Notes: generated from the sequence alone by a model not told the origin. Positions 27,540 through 37,063 are shown, counted from the stretch's first letter. The stretch: DNA of 64,000 bases from Thermoplasmata archaeon (GCA_020696365.1 JAEHCM010000007.1:717-64716), one strand, 5' to 3'. Program-made: numbers and translations.

Positions 27540-28715
27540 ATGCCGAAGTCACTGGTTAAAGATGCATTGGGCGAAGACGTGGAAGAACTGCTCAAGAAGC
27601 CTTCTAAGCCCGAAGAGGAGAAGCCTTCTGAGATGAGCGCGGATGACGAGGAGATCGCGAAGATTGCTGCTCAGCTTGACGTTAGCATCAGGATCATCGG
27701 ATGTGGCGGTGGTGGCTCGAACACGATCGACAGGTGCGTTGCGGCCGGGATATCCGGGGCTCAGCTGTGTGCGATCAACACGGATGCAAAGCATCTGCTG
27801 GCCATACACGCGCCGAAGAAGATACTGATCGGGAAGAACGTGACGCGCGGTCTCGGCGCCGGAGCCATACCGCATATCGGCGAGGCTGCTGCGAAGGAGA
27901 ACGAGCGCGACATCCACGACTTCCTGGACGGGGCGAACATCGTGTTCGTCACTGCGGGGATGGGCGGCGGCACTGGGACCGGGTCCGCGCACTTCGCCGC
28001 TCGACTATCGAAGGATCTGAGGGCTCTGACTATCGGGGTCGTCACACTGCCCTTCAAGGCCGAGGGCGAGGTGAGGATGGAGAATGCGCTGGACGGCCTC
28101 GAGAAGCTGAGGCGGCTTTGCGACACGACCATCGTCATCCCGAACGACAAGCTGCTCGAGCTTGTGCCGAAGCTGCCGGTCGACGCGGCGTTCAAGGTGG
28201 CGGACGAGGTGCTCATGCAGACCATAAGGGGTCTGACGGAGATCATCACAAAGCCTGGGCTGGTCAACCTGGACTACAGCGACATCATGACCGTGATGAA
28301 CGAGGGCGGCGTGGCCTTCGTCGGCATTGGCGAATCCGATGACTCCGACGCTGAGGAGCGCATCCAGGCGGCCATCGACGAGGCCCTGAGCTCCCCGCTG
28401 CTCGGAGAGATCGACCTGAAAAATGCCAAGGGCGCGCTGATCAGGGTGGTCGGCGGGCCGGACATGACCGTCTCAGAGGCGCAGAAGGCCGCAGAGGCCG
28501 TCGGCGAGAGGATAAACAAGCACGCGCGGATCATTTGGGGTTGCAGCGTCGATCCTGACAACGAGGGACAGGTCAGGATACTGCTCATAGTCACGGGGGC
28601 GAAGTCCGCTCTCCTGATGGGCAGTGGTAACTCGCACAGCGCGGTCGCCGCAGCCGGCGGGAGCGCCCCGAAGTCATACACGCCGGACGACGACGGGATA
28701 GACTTCGTGCACTGA
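27540..28715 (+). CDS. ftsZ: cell division protein FtsZ, paralogue B
   Basis: 391 aa from the ATG at 27540 (MPKSLVKDAL...), with GCGGGGSNT and GGGTGTG. C-terminus ...DDDGIDFVH, compare paralogue A ...NADDFVH. Confidence 0.9.
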   Translation: MPKSLVKDALGEDVEELLKKPSKPEEEKPSEMSADDEEIAKIAAQLDVSIRIIGCGGGGSNTIDRCVAAGISGAQLCAINTDAKHLLAIHAPKKILIGKNVTRGLGAGAIPHIGEAAAKENERDIHDFLDGANIVFVTAGMGGGTGTGSAHFAARLSKDLRALTIGVVTLPFKAEGEVRMENALDGLEKLRRLCDTTIVIPNDKLLELVPKLPVDAAFKVADEVLMQTIRGLTEIITKPGLVNLDYSDIMTVMNEGGVAFVGIGESDDSDAEERIQAAIDEALSSPLLGEIDLKNAKGALIRVVGGPDMTVSEAQKAAEAVGERINKHARIIWGCSVDPDNEGQVRILLIVTGAKSALLMGSGNSHSAVAAAGGSAPKSYTPDDDGIDFVH

Positions 28716-28789
28716 GACCGGGAGCGGCTTCCGAGCGCAAAACCTATTAACATTCCACGGCGGACACGTGTTTATGTGTCCGCCCCTCT

Positions 28790-29857
28790 TCAGCTCCTAA
28801 CTCTTCTCTCGAGCTTCCCTTCCAGCGCCGGCTCGTCCGCGAACCTCGCGCCGCACTCGGGACAGAACTGGTCCTCGAGCTCGACGCTCGCACCGCACTC
28901 GGAACACTCCGCCCCAGCGACTCTGTCCGAGAAGACCACCCCGCACTCGCACGTGAACGCATCCTTCGACACTCTTCTGCCACACGCTGGACATTCGCTT
29001 ATCTCCTCGACGAACGAGCAGCCGCAGATCGGGCACCCGAGCGAGGTCTCCGGTATCTCCGCGCCGCACTCCGGGCAGATCATGTTTCCCTCGCCGACCA
29101 GTAGCACGCCGCAATCGCACGTGCCGTTCTCATCGGAGACGATGCGACCACACTCGGGACACTGGAACAGGTCTCCGGAGAATTCGGGTGAGAACACGAC
29201 GCCGCATCTCCTGCAGAAGACGTCCTCGTCCGAGAGCTTCGACCCGCATTCGGGACACTGCAGCTCCCGCTGGTACATCGTGCAGTCACAAGTTTCCTCG
29301 TCCAGCAACCTCCGGCCGCAGATGTCGCAGAACATCGCGGTGTCCGGTGCACTGCTGACCTCGTCCCGCATGCCGAGATAGGTCCTCTCGGTGATCTCCC
29401 CCAGGAGGAACCTCTCCTCCAGCAGGAACAGCTTGTCCCGCTTCGAGAGCCTTGCCGGCTTCACGGCAGGCATGTCGGAGTCCACCACGTGCGGTTTCTG
29501 TTTGACGTATCCCAGCTCCTTGCCGCACGCAGGACACACATTGGTGCGCATGGCGCACGAGTTGTGATACTGGTTCTCGCACCCGCACAGCACGCTGGGC
29601 AAATCCCTCTTTATCACGCCCAGGCAGATGCCGCACTGTGCCTGTCCCTTGATGCGTATGGCCTTCACCTGGGGCCTTGTGCGCACCTGCATCCTTCGGG
29701 CTGCCGCTCTGCGCATCCTCCCCTTGGGTACGGCGATCATGCGCGGCCTCTTGGCCATCAGGCCGCGACGGGATCTGGTCCGTCCGAGCATCCGCCGTTT
29801 CTCCTTCATCTGCCGCTTCCTCCCCGGAGAGGTTTCAGTAGATGGCCGGCATCTCAT
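28790..29857 (-). CDS. multi-zinc-finger protein: basic N-terminus, C4HC3 cross-brace-like finger, SHOCT-like helix, six tandem zinc ribbons
   Basis: 355 aa ORF. Contains CGIC-x12-CGC-x4-H-x2-C-x6-CPAC (aa 75-111), then LEERFLLGEITERTYLGMRDEV, then 12 CxxC/CxC pairs. The start is uncertain because several in-frame Met codons occur in the Arg-rich N-terminus. Confidence 0.75.
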   Translation of the reverse strand: MRCRPSTETSPGRKRQMKEKRRMLGRTRSRRGLMAKRPRMIAVPKGRMRRAAARRMQVRTRPQVKAIRIKGQAQCGICLGVIKRDLPSVLCGCENQYHNSCAMRTNVCPACGKELGYVKQKPHVVDSDMPAVKPARLSKRDKLFLLEERFLLGEITERTYLGMRDEVSSAPDTAMFCDICGRRLLDEETCDCTMYQRELQCPECGSKLSDEDVFCRRCGVVFSPEFSGDLFQCPECGRIVSDENGTCDCGVLLVGEGNMICPECGAEIPETSLGCPICGCSFVEEISECPACGRRVSKDAFTCECGVVFSDRVAGAECSECGASVELEDQFCPECGARFADEPALEGKLERRVRS

Positions 29858-29886
29858 ATAAATCCCAAGGAATCGATACGCGTGGC

Positions 29887-30420
29887 ATGTCTGTGAAAGA
29901 CGCGGTGAACATGGTCGGCGGGCTGATGGAGATATCCGCTCGGACGGCTCCCAAGGCTGCGGGGCAGGATTTCGTAGAGGTCAAACTGGTCGACGAATCG
30001 GAGAGGGTGGCGCTCGGGACGGACATGATACAGGTGTCCAAGGAGCGCGCGATACCTGGGTTCGAACGTGACGGTCAGAACGTGCTTGATTCCGACGCCA
30101 TCCTGCTGATTGGTCTTCTGCCTCACAAGGGGATAGGCCTCAACTGCGGCGCCTGCGGCTTCGCGGGCTGTGAGGAGTTCAACAGCAGGTCGCACAGCGG
30201 AGACTTCGAGGGTCCCAGCTGCGCGATCCGGCTGCTTGACCTCGGGATAGCGCTCGGGTCGGCGGTCAAGACGGCCATGGAGCACAACGTGGACAACCGC
30301 ATAATGTACAGGATAGGCGTGTCCGCCAAGCGCCTCGGGATGACCAAGTCCAGGCTCGTGCACGGCATACCCCTCTCGGTGAAGGGGAAGAACATATTCT
30401 TCGATCGTTCAAAGAAGTGA
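29887..30420 (+). CDS. DUF2148-like ferredoxin-domain protein
   Basis: From the ATG at 29887: MSVKDAVNMVGGLMEISARTAPKAAG...GLNCGACGFAGCEEF.... The family is recalled from memory. Confidence 0.6.
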   Translation: MSVKDAVNMVGGLMEISARTAPKAAGQDFVEVKLVDESERVALGTDMIQVSKERAIPGFERDGQNVLDSDAILLIGLLPHKGIGLNCGACGFAGCEEFNSRSHSGDFEGPSCAIRLLDLGIALGSAVKTAMEHNVDNRIMYRIGVSAKRLGMTKSRLVHGIPLSVKGKNIFFDRSKK

Positions 30421-30428
30421 GACGCCCT

Positions 30429-31199
30429 TCATTTCGCGCGGACCGATCTACGAACGACCCTCGGAGGAGTCCCGAGGTTCGTACCGTCCAGTAGATAAGC
30501 CCTGGCAGATAGTGTGTCGACCAGACCGTTCCTGAGCAGCGGGCCGAGCAGGCCACCATCCACGTTGACCGGGCTTCCAGTAATGAGTGGGTTGAACGCG
30601 GGCACGACCACTAGCTCCTCCGGATGGCTGGAGTATCTCTCGAGCACCTTATCCTTGACCATCCGAGCCCTGTACCAGCACTTCTCGTTCATCCTGCCTC
30701 CCATCGAGTCCTCGAGCAGCACCGATGGGTGCACATGTCCCATCACGAGCCTGCTGGTCGACATCGTCTTGTGCGAAGGCCATACATGGCCGTGGAATGC
30801 ACCAGTCCCCTCTATCACGGTTCCTTGGGTGGGCGCCACTACGCATCCATCCGGGACGACCTCCCTGAGCCCTCCGTCGTGATTCCCGGGCGTGATCACG
30901 ATCGCCTGGAAGACCCGCATCAGCTCCCGCATGACGTGCCTGATCTCGCGGTCCTCCCGCGCGCTCGCGTGTGTTATCCTCTGCTTCACGTCTCCCAGTA
31001 TCAGAAGCCTGTCGGCGTGGGACGCGAGCGACTCCATCATCGAGAGCATGCCGGGCATCTGGCTGGGCACGTTGAATCCGGACGCTCTCAGGGACGCCTC
31101 TACCCCTATGTGCAGGTCGGCTATGCACGCCCATCTACGCTGGCCAGCGATGATGAGCGCGGGCATATCGGGCAGAGGTTCCAGGGTCACGCTAGGCAT
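30429..31199 (-). CDS. metallophosphoesterase (COG1407/MJ0037-like)
   Basis: 256 aa with motifs ADLHIG, LGDVKQ, GNHDG and GHVHP. Confidence 0.8.
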   Translation of the reverse strand: MPSVTLEPLPDMPALIIAGQRRWACIADLHIGVEASLRASGFNVPSQMPGMLSMMESLASHADRLLILGDVKQRITHASAREDREIRHVMRELMRVFQAIVITPGNHDGGLREVVPDGCVVAPTQGTVIEGTGAFHGHVWPSHKTMSTSRLVMGHVHPSVLLEDSMGGRMNEKCWYRARMVKDKVLERYSSHPEELVVVPAFNPLITGSPVNVDGGLLGPLLRNGLVDTLSARAYLLDGTNLGTPPRVVRRSVRAK

Positions 31200-31230
31200 A
31201 CGGACTGCCCCACGATAAAAAACTACTCCC

Positions 31231-31908
31231 CTATCTCCCGGCCGAAAGACGAAGTGCCAGCATCATGGGCAGACCGGCCCTCAGGATCGCCTCGGAAGCC
31301 TCCTCCACGGGATACTCCACCCTCATCAGCTCGCATGCCCGGGATTCGGTGTCGAGCAGTGCATAGCTAGCCCTCGGGTCTCCGTCGCGAGGCTGCCCGA
31401 TCGCTCCAGGGTTTATCACCATCCCAGCGGGGAACGTACGCACGAAGGGGACATGGGTATGGCCTAGGACGACGAAAGCGCTCGAGCATCTACGCAGGAT
31501 ATCCGGGTCGACCCTGTCCTCGTAGACGTACTCGTCGCGGTCGGTGTCAGACCCGTGGTGCACAGACACCTGCTCTCCATCCGCATCGAGGCTTCCGGAC
31601 GGCCCGAGTGACTCCAGGTATGTCCGTGAACCCTCGTCCAGCCGCTCGTTGGTCCAGACCGCCGCGGCTGCAGCGTACGGATTCATGCGGGAGGTGTCGT
31701 TTGACCGCACGGCAAAGTCGTGGTTTCCCTCTATCGCGAGGTCGACCTCGTCGGAGATCTTCCTACAGCACTCGTTCGGATGGGCTCCGTATCCGACGAT
31801 GTCTCCGGCACAGGCGAGCATGTCGGGCGCGAGGTCTGCGAGCTTCTCGAGCACGATCTCCAGCGCGAACAGGTTCGAGTGGATGTCGGAAACGATCCCT
31901 ATCCTCAT
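31231..31908 (-). CDS. metallophosphoesterase family protein (YfcE/MJ0936-like)
   Basis: MRIGIVSDIHSN...AGDIVGYG...GNHD...GHTHVP. Starts at the ATG at 31908, or at the GTG at 31917 next to the nnr stop. Confidence 0.8.
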   Translation of the reverse strand: MRIGIVSDIHSNLFALEIVLEKLADLAPDMLACAGDIVGYGAHPNECCRKISDEVDLAIEGNHDFAVRSNDTSRMNPYAAAAAVWTNERLDEGSRTYLESLGPSGSLDADGEQVSVHHGSDTDRDEYVYEDRVDPDILRRCSSAFVVLGHTHVPFVRTFPAGMVINPGAIGQPRDGDPRASYALLDTESRACELMRVEYPVEEASEAILRAGLPMMLALRLSAGR

Positions 31909-31918
31909 GCCATGCACT

Positions 31919-33376
31919 TCACTCGAGGCGGTCGTGTTCGTATCTTCTGAGAACGATCGGTATCTTGTCGATCACGTCTGTGGCGACCAGGCCATAGCTC
32001 TTCTCCTCGAACGCAAGGTCCCCCGCGAGCCCCATCGCGAAGGCCCCGATCCTGGCGGCATGGAACGGCTTCGCCCCCTGCGCTATCATCCCGGCGACAA
32101 GGCCTGTGAGGACATCTCCAGTCCCGCCAACGGCGAGGGCGTTGTTGCCAGTCCTGTTCAGCTTGATCATCCCTCCGTCGCTGATAACATCCTTCGGGCC
32201 TTTCAGCAATATGTTCGCCCTCAGTCTCGCGGCGGCCTCCTTGACCTTCTCGCCTCTCATCGCAGGGTCGTCCGTTCCGAGAGCCATGCCCGTGAGCCTC
32301 TTGAACTCGCTCGCATGTGGGGTGATGACGACCTGCTTGTTCCTCAGTATCTGTGGTCTGGATCCGCACGCCGCGATGGCGTCTGCGTCTATCACCATCG
32401 GTTTCGTGCACTTCGGTACGAACATCTGCACCGCCCTCAGCGTCCCAGGTGCGGAGCCTAGTCCGGGGCCGATCGCGACCACGTCGGCTTCCTTCGTCAT
32501 CGAAAGCAGGTTCTGCACGTGCCCTTCCTCCAGGATATCTCCCTCGAGCGGGCGCACTATCAGATGGGGTGAGTGGACCGATACAGGGAGCGCCGCCGGC
32601 TCGGGCGTCGCGACGAACACGAGGTCCACGCCCGACCTCATGGCTGCCATACCCGTGAAGGCAGGCGCTCCAGTGTACGGCCCGCCACCTATCACCAGGA
32701 CGCGCCCCGCATCCCCCTTGTGGGCGTCCGTTTTCCTGCGCGGCAGCAGCGAGAAGTCTCCAGGGCCGCAGTAGATCTGTGCGTCTTCTGGGATGCCGAT
32801 GTCAGCCACGACGATCTTACCTGAGTTCTTACGGTTCATCCCTGCCTTCGATGCATGGAACGTCACGGTGACCTGAGGGCGTACCCTGAGCTCCGAAGGC
32901 CAGCCCGATGGAACGTCCACGCTCACGACGGGCTTCCTCGACTTGTTCAGCTTCCTGATGACCCCGGCGGCCGGCTCGCGCGGCCTACCCTTCAGGCCGA
33001 TTCCGAACATCGCGTCGATTACGACGTCGCACTCTCTGATGTCGAACGCCTTGATACCTCTAGCTAGTGGTCTCGCTCTGTGGAGGTTCATCGCGGCGAC
33101 GTCGGAGGCCGCGCCGTCCTCAGGGTCCAGGAGATATACGGTGACGGGCATCGTCTGTGCTAGATGCCTCGCAGCGACGAAGCCGTCGCCGCCGTTGTTG
33201 CCCCTGCCGCACAGGACGGCGACCCTCGCCTTGGACGGGTAGCTGTCGACGACATATCTGGCCACGGCTGCCCCTGCGTTCTCCATAAGCGTGATAGTAG
33301 TCACTCCGAGGTGCCGGGAGTTGACGTCGAGGACCTTGACTTCCTCCGGAGGAATCGGGCTTCTTTCCACGGTCAT
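31919..33376 (-). CDS. nnr: bifunctional NAD(P)H-hydrate repair enzyme Nnr (epimerase + ADP-dependent dehydratase)
   Basis: 485 aa with YjeF_N plus carbohydrate-kinase-like halves (...GRGNNGGDGFVAARHL...; ...GGPYTGAPAF...GTGDVLTG...). Confidence 0.85.
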   Translation of the reverse strand: MTVERSPIPPEEVKVLDVNSRHLGVTTITLMENAGAAVARYVVDSYPSKARVAVLCGRGNNGGDGFVAARHLAQTMPVTVYLLDPEDGAASDVAAMNLHRARPLARGIKAFDIRECDVVIDAMFGIGLKGRPREPAAGVIRKLNKSRKPVVSVDVPSGWPSELRVRPQVTVTFHASKAGMNRKNSGKIVVADIGIPEDAQIYCGPGDFSLLPRRKTDAHKGDAGRVLVIGGGPYTGAPAFTGMAAMRSGVDLVFVATPEPAALPVSVHSPHLIVRPLEGDILEEGHVQNLLSMTKEADVVAIGPGLGSAPGTLRAVQMFVPKCTKPMVIDADAIAACGSRPQILRNKQVVITPHASEFKRLTGMALGTDDPAMRGEKVKEAAARLRANILLKGPKDVISDGGMIKLNRTGNNALAVGGTGDVLTGLVAGMIAQGAKPFHAARIGAFAMGLAGDLAFEEKSYGLVATDVIDKIPIVLRRYEHDRLE

Positions 33377-33393
33377 TCGGATGGGTCGATGGC

Positions 33394-33401
33394 ATATTAA
33401 A
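33394..33401 (-). promoter_or_regulatory. TATA box candidate (TTTAATAT) for nnr
   Basis: 18 nt upstream of the ATG at 33376; leaderless geometry. Confidence 0.4.
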
Positions 33402-33521
33402 TCTGCCGAGTCCAGACGGTCGTCTGGGGGGCGGTTTCAAATAGCCTCGAGGACCCGGTCCAGAAAAGAACTAAATATGAAGACTTCGTAGTGCTCAGTG
33501 TCTTTGGCAGGGAATGCGTAA

Positions 33522-33812
33522 GTGACTGAGATAAAGAGGTTAGTCCTCGACGTGCTCAAGCCCCACCATCCCACGATTATCGAGATGGCCCACCGGATAA
33601 GTGTTTTGAAAGGTGTCTCCGGCGTGAACCTCACACTGGAGGAGGTCGACAGGGAGACCGAGAGCGTGAAGATCACGATCGAGGGCTTGTCGATCGAATT
33701 CGACAGCATAGAAGAGACGATATCCGACTGCGGTGGAGTCATACACTCGGTGGATAGCGTGTCGGCCGGGAAGGAACTCGTGGAAGAGGTGGAGACTCCA
33801 CAGGACCGATAG
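33522..33812 (+). CDS. DUF211/COG1888 small protein, GTG start
   Basis: 96 aa, ...[19 protein letters not shown]...[21 protein letters not shown].... Confidence 0.7.
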   Translation: MTEIKRLVLDVLKPHHPTIIEMAHRISVLKGVSGVNLTLEEVDRETESVKITIEGLSIEFDSIEETISDCGGVIHSVDSVSAGKELVEEVETPQDR

Positions 33813-33819
33813 GCGACCG

Positions 33820-34113
33820 TTACTCCTTAGGTAGATTCTTGAGCTTAAGAGCCACCTTCGAGACCAGTTCAGCCTTCTTCAGCTTGGGCTCGACCAGGAT
33901 CCTCCCTTCCTTTCTGTACCAGAACCGAGGATAGGACTTCTCGAGCTCCAGGATGCAGTCCAGTTCGAGGGACCTCGCGGCGTCGTACAGCATCCTCGCG
34001 GACGGCGCTTCGACGGCGTCCTTCTTCGGTATCTTCCGACCGGAGCCCCGGCTGACGCGCGAGTCGAAGTACGATGGCCACAGGATGATGGCCTTCTCAG
34101 GGTCAACTGTCAT
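33820..34113 (-). CDS. srp19: signal recognition particle protein Srp19
   Basis: 97 aa, ...IILWPSYFDSRVSRGSGRKIPKK.... Confidence 0.85.
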   Translation of the reverse strand: MTVDPEKAIILWPSYFDSRVSRGSGRKIPKKDAVEAPSARMLYDAARSLELDCILELEKSYPRFWYRKEGRILVEPKLKKAELVSKVALKLKNLPKE

Positions 34114-34147
34114 CGGCTATCGGATTTGCCAACGCCCCTCTCGTATC

Positions 34148-34155
34148 TAATATTA
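34148..34155. promoter_or_regulatory. palindromic TATA element TAATATTA between srp19 and tldD
   Basis: Perfect 8-bp palindrome, 34 nt from the srp19 ATG and 77 nt from the tldD ATG. Confidence 0.35.
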
Positions 34156-34232
34156 GCGGTCTATGCATGAGATAAGCGGTCCGCTTGGAACTTTTATCTA
34201 CTGCGTTACGGTTCTCGAATCGGGGAAGAGTG

Positions 34233-35648
34233 ATGATCGACGAAGATATCGCAGAGCATGTGCTCGACTTGGCCACGGCGAAGGGGTCTCCGGTCCTGGC
34301 CGAGGTCCGCCTTGAGACGTCAGACCGCAGGAACATGACCATCAGGCAGGGCGAGGTGCACAGCGTAAGCGCAACCTCAGATGCCGGGATGAACGTCCGT
34401 ATCGTGCTCGATACCGGGATAGGGTTCGCCAGCACGAACAGCATCTCGAAGTCCTCGGGGGCGATGCTGGTCCGCAGGGCGCTCGGCCTTGCCAAGGCAG
34501 GGAAGCGGAAGCGCAAGGTCAAGCTGTCCCGTGAGAAGGCGGTCACCGCCGACTGGAAGGTGCCTCAGAAGCACTCACTATGCGATGTGTCCAACGATGA
34601 CCGCATGTCATACCTCACGAGCCTCGACGCAGCCGTCATGGGCTCTGGACCCAAGGTGCAGGGGAGGTTCTTCGACATGGCCGACGGCGAGGTGGAGCGC
34701 TTGATGGTCAATTCGGAAGGTACGAGGGTGCTGTCCCATGTGCCGATCATTCGATTGTTCTCCTTTAACATGGTCTCGTCCAAGGGGCAGACCGAGCAGT
34801 CCTTCAGGGAGTGGGGGTCCACCGGAGGTTGGGAGCACGTCGACGCCTGGGGCGCACCGCCCGCCTTGTCCGAGGAGATGCGCGTGTTGAAGGATCTGAT
34901 CGACCACGGCAAAGCCGTCAAGCCCGGGAGCTACGACTTGCTCTGCGGACCTGAGGTGGTTGGCATCGCGACGCACGAGTCATGCGGCCACCCGATGGAG
35001 GCTGATAGGATACTCGGGCGGGAGATGTCTCAGGCGGGCAAGTCGTTCGTGAAGCCAGAGATGCTGGGTGAGGTCATAGGGTCGAAGCATGCGACCGTCA
35101 TCGACGATCCTACGATCCCTGGCTCTTACGGTTACTACGAGTACGACCAGGAGGGCGTCCGCGCAAAGCCCAGGTTCCTGTACAAGAAGGGCGTCATCAA
35201 CGAGTTCCTGCACAACCGCGAGACGGCTGGGACGCTGGGCCTGAAGAGCAACGGCTCATCGAGGTCCGAGGTTTATTCAAGGGAGCCGATAGTCCGGATG
35301 GCCAACACGTTCGTAGCGCCCGGCGATCACGATGAGGACGAGCTGGTCGAGTCCGTCCGCGACGGCGTGTACATGAAGTCGTTCACAGAGTGGAACATCG
35401 ACGACAAGAGATACAACCAGAAGTACGTCTCCAGAGAGGCATACTTCGTGAAGGGCGGCAAGATAGCAGGTCCTGCGAGAGGGTGCGTGCTCGAGATCAC
35501 GACCCCGCGGTTCTGGAAGTCGCTCGATGGCGTGTCGAAGAAGGTCGAGTTCGTCGCTGCGGAGTGCGGCAAAGGCGACCCCGGGCAGGGCATGGAGGTC
35601 TTGACCGGCGGGCCGATGCTCCGTCTGAGGGGGGTGCATTTGAAATGA
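34233..35648 (+). CDS. tldD: TldD-family metalloprotease
   Basis: From the ATG at 34233 (MIDEDIAEHVLDLA...), with HESCGHPMEADR (HExxGH) motif. The ORF-track TTG at 34185 is possible but less likely. Confidence 0.85.
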   Translation: MIDEDIAEHVLDLATAKGSPVLAEVRLETSDRRNMTIRQGEVHSVSATSDAGMNVRIVLDTGIGFASTNSISKSSGAMLVRRALGLAKAGKRKRKVKLSREKAVTADWKVPQKHSLCDVSNDDRMSYLTSLDAAVMGSGPKVQGRFFDMADGEVERLMVNSEGTRVLSHVPIIRLFSFNMVSSKGQTEQSFREWGSTGGWEHVDAWGAPPALSEEMRVLKDLIDHGKAVKPGSYDLLCGPEVVGIATHESCGHPMEADRILGREMSQAGKSFVKPEMLGEVIGSKHATVIDDPTIPGSYGYYEYDQEGVRAKPRFLYKKGVINEFLHNRETAGTLGLKSNGSSRSEVYSREPIVRMANTFVAPGDHDEDELVESVRDGVYMKSFTEWNIDDKRYNQKYVSREAYFVKGGKIAGPARGCVLEITTPRFWKSLDGVSKKVEFVAAECGKGDPGQGMEVLTGGPMLRLRGVHLK

Positions 35649-36988
35649 GCAAGCTGAAGGAGACCGCCGAGAAGCTCGTCGAGGTCGCCCGAGACGCAGG
35701 TGCCGACGACGCGATCGCCGAGGTGATCGACAGCTCGACCGACCAGATAAGATTCTCCAACTCGATGATAGACACATCGAACTTCTGGCGAGAGGCCCAC
35801 GCACACGTGTTCGTCGTCGTGGACGGTCGGACGATGTCCTCTGATGTGAGAGATCTCAAGGGCGCGCCCGACACCGTCCGCGAGATCGTGCGCATGGCGA
35901 AGCTCACGCCCGTCAACGAAGGTTACAAAGGCATCGCCTCCGGCCGGTTCAAGTACCGGCGCACGAGGACGGACCCCAGGATGCTCTCGCTCAGGAATCC
36001 GGCTAGGTTCGTGCACGACGCCATCGGGTCGGCGCTGGCGAACGGCGCCGTGGACGTCGGTGGGACGCTGTTCGTAAGAAGGGCGAGCTGGGGGATAGCG
36101 TCGTCCAAGGGTGCTCTTGCGGAGGACGGGAACGCCTCCATGGACCTATCCGTGCGGGCGTTCTCGCAGCCGGAAGCTTCCGGGCAGGCCGTGTGCGTCA
36201 CTCCGACGGTATCGAAGATGAACGCGACGGATGTGGGCGCGAGGGCGGCTGACTTAGCGGTCAAGGCGAAGGATCCAGTGCAGGGTGAAGAGGGCAAGAT
36301 GGACCTCGTGATGGAGCCGCTGATGATGGGCAGCATGACGGTTCATTCCGCGGGCATGACGAGCGCCCTTGCCGTCGAGATGGGCATGTCCATGTACGCG
36401 AAGAAGATCGGCAAGATGGTCGCCTCGGAGGATGTGACGATCATTGACGACCCGTCCATGAGCTCGATGACCCGGCGGACATTCGACCACGAGGGCATGC
36501 CTACCAGGAAGAACATCGTGATCAAGGACGGCATGCTTAAACGGTATCTGCACAACACGTCCACTGCTAAGCGCTTCAAGACCAGGTCGACCGCCAACGC
36601 CGGCCCTATGATCGCATCCAGTTTCAACACGCCGAACGAGCCGGTCATGTTCCATCCGGTGCTCAAACCTGGCGAGTGGAAGCTGGACGAGATCGTCGAG
36701 GACACGAAGAACGGCCTGTACCTCAACAACACGTGGTACACGCGTTATCAGAACTATTCGACCGGGGACTTCTCGACCATACCACGGGACGCCATCCTGC
36801 TGATTCGGAACGGCGAGATCGCGGGCTCGGTGAAGAACATCCGCGTGAGCGACAACATGCTGAGGCTCTGGAAGAGTGTGGACGCGGTTTCCAGGAACGC
36901 TGAAGAGATATTCTGGTGGGAGGAGGCCGGTCCCGGACACCTCCCGGCTGCGAGGGCCAAGAAGGTCAAGATAACGCACTCGTCGTGA
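35645..36988 (+). CDS. pmbA: PmbA/TldE-family protein
   Basis: ATG at 35645 forms an ATGA overlap with the tldD stop: MSKLKETAEKLVEVARDAGADDAIAEV.... The ORF-track extension to 35390 overlaps tldD. Confidence 0.85.
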   Translation: MSKLKETAEKLVEVARDAGADDAIAEVIDSSTDQIRFSNSMIDTSNFWREAHAHVFVVVDGRTMSSDVRDLKGAPDTVREIVRMAKLTPVNEGYKGIASGRFKYRRTRTDPRMLSLRNPARFVHDAIGSALANGAVDVGGTLFVRRASWGIASSKGALAEDGNASMDLSVRAFSQPEASGQAVCVTPTVSKMNATDVGARAADLAVKAKDPVQGEEGKMDLVMEPLMMGSMTVHSAGMTSALAVEMGMSMYAKKIGKMVASEDVTIIDDPSMSSMTRRTFDHEGMPTRKNIVIKDGMLKRYLHNTSTAKRFKTRSTANAGPMIASSFNTPNEPVMFHPVLKPGEWKLDEIVEDTKNGLYLNNTWYTRYQNYSTGDFSTIPRDAILLIRNGEIAGSVKNIRVSDNMLRLWKSVDAVSRNAEEIFWWEEAGPGHLPAARAKKVKITHSS

Positions 36989-37063
36989 TTGTGCGGCATA
37001 CGCTCGTCCTGATATGGCTTGCGCTCTCCGAAGAATCGCTCCAACTCGGTAGCTACGACGCCG

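Noticed and set aside
28776-29381. Plus-strand ORF with a striking PHSGQ/PHSEH/PHSHV periodicity
   Set aside because: It is the antisense reading of the repeated CPECG/CxxC zinc-ribbon codons of the minus-strand gene 28790-29857, not an independent repeat protein.
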